DNA of 64,000 nucleotides, taken from contig CAWIEK010000045.1 of NCBI GenBank assembly GCA_963835065.1, positions 64,001-128,000 of the forward strand, given 5' to 3'. This stretch comes from an uncultured Chthonomonadaceae bacterium. Its GTDB lineage: Bacteria; Armatimonadota; Chthonomonadetes; Chthonomonadales; Chthonomonadaceae. The stretch's first letter is position 1, and the number at the start of each line of letters is the position of its first letter. Below are positions 30,349-40,131 of this stretch, in pieces. Position numbers and translations under genes: made by a program. Under the pieces are notes generated by a model. The model saw nothing but the letters and a program-made list of their open reading frames with translations, made no database searches and was not told the origin of the DNA.

Positions 30349-32890
30349 AACTTCCTTTTTCCTTTGTGTCCGGGCTGGTTTGCTGCGGTTTCGTGGCGGC
30401 GGTTCTGATGCCGTTTTCGCCCGTTTCCGCGCAGGGTACGCAGGCCGATTATGACCGCGCCAATCATCTGGATCGCTTGTTGGGCGGCAAAGTGGTTCAT
30501 GGCGCGGTTCGTCCCAACTGGATAGGCAACGGCAGCCGCTTCTGGTATCGCAGCGATCTGGCGGACGGCAAGCGCGAATTCGTTGTTGTGGATGCCGCCG
30601 CGTCCGTGAAGAAACCGGCATTCGATCACGTCCGCATGGCGCAGGCTTTGACGGCAACATTAGGCAAAGCTGTTACGGCGGAACGGCTGCCAATTGACAG
30701 CCTTGCGTTTGCGCCGGACAATGATACCCTTCGCGTTCAGGCAGGTGGGAAAACCTACGTCTGCGACCTGCAAACCTACGCGCTGCATCTGGAACCGAAA
30801 GCTATTACGCAAGCGAACGGCCTTGCGCCTGATGCCGGGCCGCGCGCTTCCCTGCGCACCGGCGATGAAACAACGCTTACCTTTCAGAACGACCTCAAGG
30901 AGAATATCGCGCTGTTCTGGCTGGACACGGACGGGCAGCGCAAGCCCTACGGAACTCTGAAACCGGGTGAGCGGCGCGACATGCACACGTATGCGGGGCA
31001 CGTCTGGCTTGTTGTGGACAGCAACGGCAAACCCCTGTCAAAATGGATTGGGGCAGATACGCCCGATGTCGCCGTTATCAACGGCCTCGCGCTGGCTTCC
31101 GCGCCGCGTCCGCGCCGACAAAGCGCCCGCCGTCAGGATGGCATTACTTCGCCCGACAGCAAATGGCGCGTTGTCTTCCGTGACAACAATGTCGTCCTCG
31201 TGGACGCGCAGAGTGGACAGGAAACGCGGCTTCACGCAAGGATGGAACGCCCGATGATCGCTATAATGACGGCCCGTACTGGTCGCCCGACTCGTCCCGA
31301 TTTCGTGGTAATGAAAACCGTTCCCGCGCAGGAGCATAAAGTCTATCTGGTGGAATCTTCTCCAAAAGATCAGGAACAGCCTAAAGTTCATATCAACGAC
31401 TATCTGAAACCCGGCGACCGTATCGCGCACCCGCGCCCGCACCTGTTTGACGTTGACCACGAAGCGCGATATTCCTATTGCCGATACCCTCTTTCCCAAC
31501 CCGTGGGAACTCAGCGACTTGCAATGGGAACCGGATTCATCGCGCTTTACCATCCTGTACAATCAGCGCGGGCATCAAGTGATGCGGCTTATTGGCGTAA
31601 ACGCGCAAACCGGCGAAGCGCGGGCGGTCATTGACGAGCAGGCGAAAACGTTTATTGACTGGACGAACAAGGTTTACCTGCACCGCCTGCCTCCAACCCA
31701 TGAAGCCGTCTGGATGTCGGAACGGGACGGCTGGAACCACCTGTATTTGTACGATACCGCAGCGGGAAGCGTGAAAAACCAGATTACGAAGGGCAATTGG
31801 GTTGTGCGCGGCGTGGATCGCGTGGACGACGCCAAACGGCAGATATGGTTTCGGGCGGGCGGGCTTGTGCCGGGTCAGAGACCCCTACTACGTTCATTTT
31901 TGCCGCATCAATTTCGATGGAACCGGCCTGACCGATCTTACTCCCGGCGATGGCACGCACACGATTGCCGCTTCGCCGGATGGCGCGTACCTGATTGACA
32001 CCTACTCCCGCATGGACATGCCGCCCGTTTCGGAACTGCGCCGGACAAGCGACGGGAGCAAGGTTCTGGATTTGGAAAAAGCGGACGCTTCCGCCCTGCT
32101 GGCAACAGGCTGGCAAATGCCGGAGCGCTTTGTCGCTAAAGGACGGGACGGCGTGACCGACATTTACGGCGTGATTGTTCGTCCCACCAACTTCAACCCG
32201 AAGCGCAAATACCCGGTTGTGGAAAACATTTATGCGGGGCCGCAGGGTTCGTTCGTCCCTAAAGCGTTTGCGCCCGCCAACGGCCTGCAAGCGATGGCGG
32301 AATTGGGCTTTATCGTGGTGCAGAGTGACGGCATGGGAACCAACTTCCGCTCCAAAGCCTTCCATGACGTGTGCTGGAAAAACCTTTCGGACGCGGGCTT
32401 CCCGGATCGCATCCGCTGGATACAGGCCGCCGCCGCCAAATATCCGTTTATGGATTTAACCCGCGTCGGCATTTACGGCACGTCAGCGGGCGGGCAGAAC
32501 GCTTTGGGCGGACTGTTGCTGCACGGGGATTTTTACAAGGCGGGCGTGGCGGACTGCGGCTGCCATGACAACCGCATGGATAAAATCTGGTGGAACGAGC
32601 AGTGGATGGGCTGGCCCATCGGCCCCGAATACGCGGCAAACTCCAATGTCACGCTTGCGCCGAAATTGACGGGCAAACTGCTGCTCATGGTGGGCGAAAT
32701 GGACACGAACGTAGACCCCGCCAGCACCATGCAGGTCGTGAACGCGCTGATCAAGGCCGACAAAGACTTTGAACTGCTCGTCATGCCGGGACAGGGGCAT
32801 GGCGTGGTCGGCTCCCCCTACGGCAAACGGCGCTTGCAGGACTTCCTCGTCCGCGCCCTCCTCCACGTGGAACCCCGCGCCACGCAGTAA
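30345..32890 (+). CDS. S9B dipeptidyl-peptidase IV-like protein; five single-base insertions, probably consensus errors
   Basis: Three overlapping ORFs give signal peptide, propeller and catalytic domain (GTSAGG, D in MDTNV, H in GQGH); extra bases at ~31230, 31237, 31301, 31455, 31876. Confidence 0.85.
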
Positions 32891-32903
32891 AAGGATGAAG
32901 GAT

Positions 32904-33142
32904 AAAAAAAGGATATGTAGAGGCAGCGTCGAAATCTTGGCAATACAGCGCTTCCAGCCCGATGTCTCGTTGTGTCAGGTTGTAGGAGAGAGGCGTCGTG
33001 ACCTCGTAAGCGTCAGGGCGGATGGGAGGAGTGGAACATGGATGTGTGCCTCCTTCCTATATAGTAGACGTTTGTACTTTATAGACAGGTTGCGTGGGGC
33101 AAAGGTTTCTCTTTTTTCGCGTTGTGCGGCTCTTTTTTTTAT
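32904..33142 (-). ncRNA. three-copy conserved intergenic unit, candidate ncRNA, copy 2
   Basis: Same core as 6840-7095; GAAACC-N16-TGTC; AGGAGG + MFHSSHPP* (33013-33039); 7-T tract. Confidence 0.5.
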
Positions 33143-33176
33143 ACTTTTTGCTGGATTGTTGCTGTTGGGGGCTTCT

Positions 33177-33340
33177 ACCCTCATCCGGCCTTCGGCCACC
33201 TTCTCCCTGCAAGGGAGAAGGCTAAGGTGGTAGTTGAGTGCGTTGATTAAAGGTTTGTGTTTACGTGCAACGCTTCCGCACTCGCTCCCCTCTCCCTAGC
33301 GAGGTACGAGCGGTGCAGGGAGAGGGGCCGGGGGTGAGGG
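33177..33340. repeat. inverted pair of CCCTCA/CCCTCTCCC-type hairpin repeats
   Basis: ccctcatccggccttcggccaccttctccc..gggagaagg and ctcccctctccc..gggagaggggccgggggtgaggg. Confidence 0.8.
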
Positions 33341-33347
33341 TAGAGGC

Positions 33348-34342
33348 TTACGTTTCGCGCTCCTCTTCCGTACTCAGGCGCAGGCGTAGTGCGGCGGGGT
33401 CGGGAGTGGCGTCTTCGGCGCTCACAGGGCGCAGCAGTTGGTTTGTCGGCGTATCGCTTCGTTCCTCAGACGGGCGCAGCAGAGTTGCAACGGCTACTGG
33501 CTCACGCTCAGGCCGCAGCAGGAAGTCTTTGCCTTCCTCGCGCGCAACACGTTCCCGAATGACCTCGGCGCAATGCTCGGCGGCAATGCGAACCGCTTTT
33601 GTGCTGTAATGGTCGGTGAGAAGCATTTCTATATCTGCTAAATCCTGTTTGTCGCCGATGTGTTCCAGCGCTCGTAAAGCCGACAGAGCAGGTTTATCTG
33701 AACGCGCAATACTGTAAGCAGGGTTTCTACACAAGGAGAAGGCGTATCTACGCAGAATTTGCCGTTGCTCTATATTCAAGATGCCCGCATCTTGAGATTG
33801 GATTAGAGGCAGCAATCGGTATACTGCATTCATACTTGCTGTATGAATGGTACTGTGTCTGTCGCGGGTGTAGGGCGCATGGTCGCACAAATCAAGGATA
33901 GTGCCTAGCAGCGCAGGGCTTTGTGCAGTCTCAACAAATTGCACCAGCCTATTGATGTCCTGCTCATCTTGGCGTAGTTCGAGTGTAAACAAAACTGTTG
34001 TCAGCGTACCGATAACGATGATGAGCAACCCACGCCAGAGGAAGAAAGTCGAACCACTCCACAATGACCAGAGGAGGTAAGTAGAACTACAAAGAGACTT
34101 GCAGCGCATGTAAATGCTCCCGCGCCCATGTTGCGTCTGGTGCTGCGCCGTAGCCGCGCCACAATTGCCCGGAACTCATCGGGAGTGAGTTGGGGCAGTT
34201 TCGGCAGATAGTTCCGTTGTATTGGGCGAGGTTGGCTGCATAGCGTAGTATTCCGCGCCGTGTGGGGATTTCCTGCTGCTGTTGCAGCGTTTGGCGGATG
34301 GCAATTTCCAAAGCCGGGAACAATTCTCCGGTATCGCTGCAT
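33348..34342 (-). CDS. membrane protein with HEAT-like helical region and C-terminal LLRP x3 tail; 5' part frameshifted
   Basis: ORFs 34001..34342, 34087..34323 and 33348..34109 each carry part of a plausible single protein; ALRALEHIGD motif. Confidence 0.55.
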
Positions 34343-34428
34343 CTTATAGGAGCCTATGGCGCGTATAGTAACATATACGCGCTTATTTTGCTCGTATTCG
34401 CAACGTTATCAGTCCTGTGAATGTTCCT

Positions 34429-35524
34429 ATGATCCTGACCAACCGCTTACAGCAATTCCGTTCCGCCGTGAAACTTCATGCCTGGCCCAGACATGCGCGC
34501 AAACTCGCCCATTTGGAAGCCGCCGGGATTCGCACGACGGCTGCCGTCATTATCCCCCTCCTGCTCGGCCAGTTCACCAACCACATCCTCATTGGCCTGA
34601 TGGTCGGCATCGGGGCGCTGAACGTGTGCGGCGCGGATAAAAAAGGCGCGACACTGGGCACGATGCTGATAACGACCTTCGGCGCGGCGCTTGCCTTCTG
34701 GCTCGGAACGCTGGCGGGAAACATGCCCCTCCTGTCTGTCGGGCTGATGTTCTTTTACGCTTTTATCGGCGGCATGTTGGGGGTGTACGGAGAGGTTCCC
34801 GGACAAGTAGGGTTTGTCGTTTCGCTTGTCTTTGCGACCGCGCTTGGCTTGCCCGGCAATGCCGCCGCCGCCGCGGAACGTATGATCGAAGTCGGCAGCG
34901 GCGGATTGTGGGCGACCGCCGCTGACACTGCTGCTCTGGAAGTGGGAGTTGAAGCGCGTTCCCTGGCTGTCGCGCCGCGCCCGGTCGCAAAGCGCGTACC
35001 GGGTCAGCCGCCTGCAAACCTGGGCGCACAAGTGGAAACGGAACCTGACGCTCCATTCCGAGGTGTTTCAACACGCCCTGCGCATCGCGGTTATTTCCGC
35101 GTTAAGCGTCGCGCTGTACAAAACCATCCCGTTTCAGCATGGGCTGTGGCTCACGCTGACCGTCTTGATTGTCGTCAAGCCGGCGTACACGGATACCCGC
35201 AAACGCGCACTGGAACGTATTTTGGGCACACTGGCGGGAGGCGCGCTGGCCTTCATCATTGCCGCTACCATTCGCAACACCATTGCGGTAGACATTGTGA
35301 TGCTGCTCCTGTGCGCCATCGCCTACTCGCACCAGCAAACAGATTACGGCCTGTATGTCGTCTTCCTGACGCCGTTTGTCCTGATGATGCTCAGTATCGC
35401 CGAACCAAACAGCCCGCCCCTGACCCTGACGCGCATGTTCGACACGCTCATCGGCGGCGGAATTGCTCTGATGCTCGCCTATTTGATGCGTCCGCGCGGT
35501 CATAAGTTGATAGTTGATAGTTGA
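34429..35524 (+). CDS. FUSC/YccS-family membrane protein; +1 frameshift near 34918
   Basis: FQHALRIAV, HGLWLTLTVLIVVKP, RALERILGTLAG, RMFDTLIG. Confidence 0.8.
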
Positions 35525-35613
35525 TAGTTGATAGCCTAATGCTCGCGCTGAACTGAGCGGTGTGCGGAAGGTTCGTGGTTCCTGCACCCCTATCAACAAT
35601 CAACTACTCAACT
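35505..35613. repeat. inverted pair of heptamer arrays (GTTGATA)x4 / (TATCAAC)n between convergent genes
   Basis: 35505-35535 and 35590-35613. Confidence 0.85.
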
Positions 35614-36788
35614 CTCACTCTGGCGTTTTTGCGCATTGCCGCCGAGTAAATCATGGGCGGAACGCAGGATGTGGGGGATTTTGGCGGCAAACGGGGAGTG
35701 TGAAAGAATTGCGCAAGCGCGGCTTCGTCAACCTCTGCCGCATTGTTGCCGGGCTGCCAGTGATCCGCGTGGCCGAGCAGGTTGTAGCGCGACTTGCCCC
35801 ACTCTTCCAAATTCAGCGAACGCGCATACGTCCACAGCCGCAGGATTTCCAGCACGTTGACGCTGCCGGGAATGTCCGTATGTTCCGGCAAGCCCTTCCA
35901 CCAGCCCGCCATCCATTCCGCGCCCAACGTCCGCTCCATTTCCGCCCGTATGCGCTGTTCAATCGGCGCAATCACGTCAGGAATGTTGTTGTAATGCGCG
36001 AGGGCTTCCACATGCGCGTCAAAATCCGAGGGACGGGATGCGCCGATACTGAGCGTATGCACTTCGGGGTGAGACAGGCAGTACAGATCGTTGAACTGCA
36101 TGGGCGACAGCGGCTCGCACAATTCGACAAACTTTTCCGAGGGCTTTTGCAGCATCCCGCCCTTGTCGGTGGGCGAAATGATGAACACGCCCATGTCGTG
36201 CCGCGTGGCCGCTTCAATCGCCGCCCAATTGAGGTCATTCACAAAGTACCAGTGCAGGTTGACATAATCGAACTCGCCCGTTTCAATGGCTTTCACAATC
36301 GCGCTGCACGGCCCATGCGTGGAAAACCCAACATGGCGTACGCGCCCGTCCTTTTGCAACTGCCGCGCCGCTTCCAGACTTCCGCCCGGCTGCAAAACCT
36401 GCGTCAGCAATTCCGGCGTGTTCAGGCCGTGAAACGCAAGGAGGTCTACATATTCCAGATTGAGATAGTTCAGTGAGGTATTGAAGTTGTCCAGAAACTT
36501 TTGCGCCGTCGGCTCCGGTCCCACTTTGGTCTGCACAATCAGCCGTTCCCGCGCAATCTGCGGCAGGACGCGCCCCAACTGCATTTCGCTCGACCCGTAC
36601 CCCCGCGCCGTTTCAATATGGTTGATGCCGAGTTCCAGAGCGCGGTGTATCGTGGCCTCCAGATTCGCCTGCCCGTCTGCGGGTATCTCGTCGGGCGCAA
36701 CATCCTGCCATTTGTACTGATAGCGCATCCCGCCACACGACAGCACGGGCATGGACAGTTCGGTACGGCCAAATCGTCGGTGATTCAT
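35608..36788 (-). CDS. aldo/keto reductase (COG1453-like); probable 1 bp indel near 35705
   Basis: GINHIETARGYGSSE, VQTK, HVGFSTHG; alternative frame gives SPFAAKIPHILRSAHDLLGGNAQKRQSES*. Confidence 0.85.
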
Positions 36789-36806
36789 GGGGTCTCCGGG
36801 GCGTTA

Positions 36807-36897
36807 GAGCCTATCCCAATAGGCCGGATATTGAAAATACCCGGCAGGAAAGTGCAAGCGTCTTTCAGACGCGAATTCGCGCCTATTGGATAGGCTC
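36807..36897. mobile_element. 91 bp MITE (IS5/IS1031-like ends) with TTA target duplication
   Basis: TTA-GAGCCTATCC...GGATAGGCTC-TTA; near-identical copy at 59031-59122. Confidence 0.9.
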
Positions 36898-36901
36898 TTA
36901 A

Positions 36902-37618
36902 TTAAGACTTCGTAAACCATTGCGCCGCCTCCAGCGCAATTGATTCGGGAACCGTGTGCGGGCCGTCGAATTCATGGTACGTCACATCATATCCCGCCTG
37001 TTGGAACGAGGGCACAAGGCGACGACTGCACCGATCAACAGGCAGAACTTGATCGTGTGTTCCATGCGCCACATAAAGGCGCGGCGCTCCCTCCTGCCAC
37101 GCAGGCGCGGCGAAACCGGGCGAAAATGCAATTACATGCGTAAACAGGCCGCCATTCATCAGCCCCAATGACAGCGCATAGCTCGCCCCGTCGGAAAAAC
37201 CTTCCAAAGCAATGTGAGCAGGATCTATCGCGCAGCGCCCAAAAGTTTCCGCCAGCAGATCGTCTATACGCGCCACGTCCGGCCCATACCTGCCCATCAG
37301 CATATCCCACGTTGCTCCCTGCGAATTGACCGCCAGCAGCAGCAAGCCAAACTCGTCAGACAGCGGCAAGAAGGGACGCAGTCCTCCGTCCGCATTCCCG
37401 CCCGCGCCGTGCAGCATAACCACGAGCGGCGCGGGCGTGGCAGCATCATACCCCGGCGGCACAACCAGTATGCCGCCGGACTGTCCACTCGAATCAAGCG
37501 CGTACCGACCGGGCGCTATCCGGTCAGCAACAGCGTTTTCAGTTATGCCGCCGGGACGGGATTGTAAGCGTCCTGCTGCGGCTTCCTGACGGCGTGAACT
37601 CTGTCTTTTAGGGCGCAT
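36902..37618 (-). CDS. phospholipase/carboxylesterase
   Basis: LHGAGG, GFSDG nucleophile, HGTHD, FDGPH. Confidence 0.88.
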   Translation of the reverse strand: MRPKRQSSRRQEAAAGRLQSRPGGITENAVADRIAPGRYALDSSGQSGGILVVPPGYDAATPAPLVVMLHGAGGNADGGLRPFLPLSDEFGLLLLAVNSQGATWDMLMGRYGPDVARIDDLLAETFGRCAIDPAHIALEGFSDGASYALSLGLMNGGLFTHVIAFSPGFAAPAWQEGAPRLYVAHGTHDQVLPVDRCSRRLVPSFQQAGYDVTYHEFDGPHTVPESIALEAAQWFTKS

Positions 37619-37677
37619 GGGCTTTCACTTCTGCCTGTAAGGGTAAAACATTCCTTACAAGGCACATTTCTACTTGA

Positions 37678-37711
37678 TACCATCTACCTATCTACCATCT
37701 ACCCATCTACC
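37678..37711. repeat. 8-mer array (CATCTACC)n; inverted partner at 39329-39368
   Basis: catctacctatctaccatctacccatctacc. Confidence 0.8.
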
Positions 37712-37715
37712 TCCA

Positions 37716-39323
37716 CTACCATTTCGCCGCTTTTTGCGCTTCCGGCAGGGGGTACTTTGCCAGATAATCCTCATACGTGCCCGGAAAGTCAATCAGGCCG
37801 TCGGGCGTGAAGGACAGGATTCGGGTCGCGGCTTCAGAAATCAGATCGCGGTCGTGGGAGACGAGCAGCACGGTTCCGGCGAACTGTGACAAGCCTTCGC
37901 CGAGCGCGTTGACGGCTTCCAGATCAAGATGGTTGGTCGGCTCGTCGAAAATCAAGACCGGGTGCTTTTCCAGCATCAGTTTCGCCATGAGCAGCCGCGC
38001 TGATTCGCCGCCCGATAACTTGTCCGTAGACTTGACCGCTTCTTCTCCCGCGAACAGCATCCGTCCGAGCAGGCCGCGCACGATCTGATGATCGTGGTTC
38101 GGCTCGAACTGCATCAGCCATTCCACCATCTGAACGCCTTTAGGGATGCTGTCGGAATAGTCCTGCGCGTAATAGCCCCACGTCATGCCGCTGCCCCAAC
38201 GGACGGTTCCGCTGTCAATGGGCAGTTCCCCGATGAGACAACGCAGCAGCGTGGTTTTGCCGATGCCGTTGCCGCCGATGATGGCAACCCGGTCGCCGCG
38301 CATGATTTCGATGTTGATGTTCTTCAACACGTGGTTGTCGCCAAAGGATTTGTTTAATCCCTTCGCCACGACAACCTCGCGTCCGGCAGGCTTGTTCTGC
38401 TCGAAGCGGATGAACGGGCGCTGAATGTTGGAACGCTTCAACTCCTGCGGTGACAGGCGCTCCATCTCCTTGCGCCGGGACTGCACCTGCGAACTGCGCT
38501 GGCCGGCGGCAAAGCGGGACACAAACTGCTGCAACTGCTCGATTTTCTTGGCCTTGTCGCGGTTGTCGGCTTCGATGCGCGAACGCGCCGACATTTTCTG
38601 CTCCACCATATCGTCGTAGTTGCCGGGATATTGAATGATAGTATCGTAGTCAATGTCGGCGATGTGGGTACAGACGGCGTTGAGGAAGTGGCGGTCGTGC
38701 GAAATCACGATCAGCGTACCGTCGTACTCCTTCAGAAAGCCTTCCAGCCAGTGAATGGATTCCAAATCCATAAAGTTGGTTGGTTCATCTAATAACAGGG
38801 CTTGCGGATTGCCGAACACGGCCTGCGCCAGCAGGACGCGAAACTTCATGTCGGTAGGCAGCGTGGACATCAAATCCGTGTGCCGTTCGTCGGGCAGGCC
38901 GATGCCGCGCAGAATCTCCGCCGCTTCGATTTCCGCCATGTAGCCGTTTTCGTCCGCAACAACGGATTCCAGTTCGCCCAAACGGTGCATGGACGCATCC
39001 GTAAATTCCGTCGCGTTGCACAGTATATTGCGCTCTTTGAGGGCTTCCCACAGCGTGGCGTTGCCCATCATCACGGTGTCAATGATGCGCTCATTGTCGA
39101 ACTCGAACTGGTTCTGGCGCAGAACGCCGACCTTTTTCGGCTTTGTAACCGTGCCCCGGTTGGTCGGCTCCACGTCGCCGGTCAGGATTTTCATAAACGT
39201 GGACTTGCCGGCTCCATTGGGGCCGGTCAGCCCGTAGCGGTTGCCCGGCGTAAACTTCACCGAGACATTATCAAACAGCGTTTTGCTGCCGAAAGATTTA
39301 GAAACTTCGTTTACAGTAATCAT
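37716..39323 (-). CDS. ABC-F family ATPase (YbiT-like)
   Basis: Two NBDs: GPNGAGKST / LLDEPTN and GGNGIGKT / LSGGE / FDEPTNHLD; no TM segments. Confidence 0.93.
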   Translation of the reverse strand: MITVNEVSKSFGSKTLFDNVSVKFTPGNRYGLTGPNGAGKSTFMKILTGDVEPTNRGTVTKPKKVGVLRQNQFEFDNERIIDTVMMGNATLWEALKERNILCNATEFTDASMHRLGELESVVADENGYMAEIEAAEILRGIGLPDERHTDLMSTLPTDMKFRVLLAQAVFGNPQALLLDEPTNFMDLESIHWLEGFLKEYDGTLIVISHDRHFLNAVCTHIADIDYDTIIQYPGNYDDMVEQKMSARSRIEADNRDKAKKIEQLQQFVSRFAAGQRSSQVQSRRKEMERLSPQELKRSNIQRPFIRFEQNKPAGREVVVAKGLNKSFGDNHVLKNINIEIMRGDRVAIIGGNGIGKTTLLRCLIGELPIDSGTVRWGSGMTWGYYAQDYSDSIPKGVQMVEWLMQFEPNHDHQIVRGLLGRMLFAGEEAVKSTDKLSGGESARLLMAKLMLEKHPVLIFDEPTNHLDLEAVNALGEGLSQFAGTVLLVSHDRDLISEAATRILSFTPDGLIDFPGTYEDYLAKYPLPEAQKAAKW

Positions 39324-39328
39324 AATTA

Positions 39329-39368
39329 TGGTAGATGGGTAGATAGGTAGGTGGGTAGATGGGTAGAT
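39329..39368. repeat. 8-mer array (GGTAGATG)n
   Basis: ggtagatgggtagataggtaggtgggtagatgggtagat. Confidence 0.8.
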
Positions 39369-39689
39369 AATCAAACTTGCAGTCAATCTTGTGAATGAGG
39401 CTGCCGACCAACCATTTACCTATTTACCTGCTTGTCGAAAAAAAAGACGCGCAGTTTGCACGTCAATGTTGTACTCTATTATACTTGATTTTTGCCGGGT
39501 TTGCAGAAGTTTGCAGGTATTTCCCGTAAGACAGCAATGAGGGTTCTTTACTACTAAAAATGTGGTAGGATAATTCAGCAATTCATACGGGAGGATGCTT
39601 CGTCTAACCCATGCCAAGCAACCCTATGCCAAACAGCCTGGAAGATTACACTCGCGCCGCTGAGGAACGACACAGAAAAGGACGTTCGG

Positions 39690-40055
39690 ATGTTGGAACA
39701 GTCCGATACCCCTGAGCCGCGCAAGACGACGCGGATTGTCCGTCCTGCCAAAAAAACCCTGCTGCTGCTCCTGGCAGGAGTGCTTTTGCTTGCCAACGTT
39801 GCCTTGATAGTGGCCGCCCACTATTTACGCCAGCCCACGGACCGCTCCCGATTTTTACCCTCCGCCGTTTATTACCACCGCGTCAAGCGGGGAATGACGC
39901 AGGAGGAAGTTGAAAACGCCTGTGGCAGGCCGGAGTACGCGCAGCAGAAGAATGAACTCGGTGACGAGGCTGAATCCTGGTACTATACGGCTTCGGATGG
40001 CGCCATCGAAATCTTTTTCGACGAAGGCAAGGTCAAACTGATCAGCCGCGAATGA
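39690..40055 (+). CDS. single-TM protein with SmpA/BamE-like domain
   Basis: VKRGMTQEEV...GRP ... WYY ... IFFDEGKV. Confidence 0.7.
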   Translation: MLEQSDTPEPRKTTRIVRPAKKTLLLLLAGVLLLANVALIVAAHYLRQPTDRSRFLPSAVYYHRVKRGMTQEEVENACGRPEYAQQKNELGDEAESWYYTASDGAIEIFFDEGKVKLISRE

Positions 40056-40131
40056 AATTTTTCGATTTACCGCAGGAAACATTTCTACTGAAATACTTTT
40101 CGTTTTTGAAACGTTCACCTAAGGAGCGGCC

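Noticed and set aside
30345..32890. Programmed frameshifting or true pseudogene in the S9 peptidase
   Set aside because: No slippery sites, catalytic triad intact, and the same insertion pattern recurs in unrelated genes, pointing to consensus error
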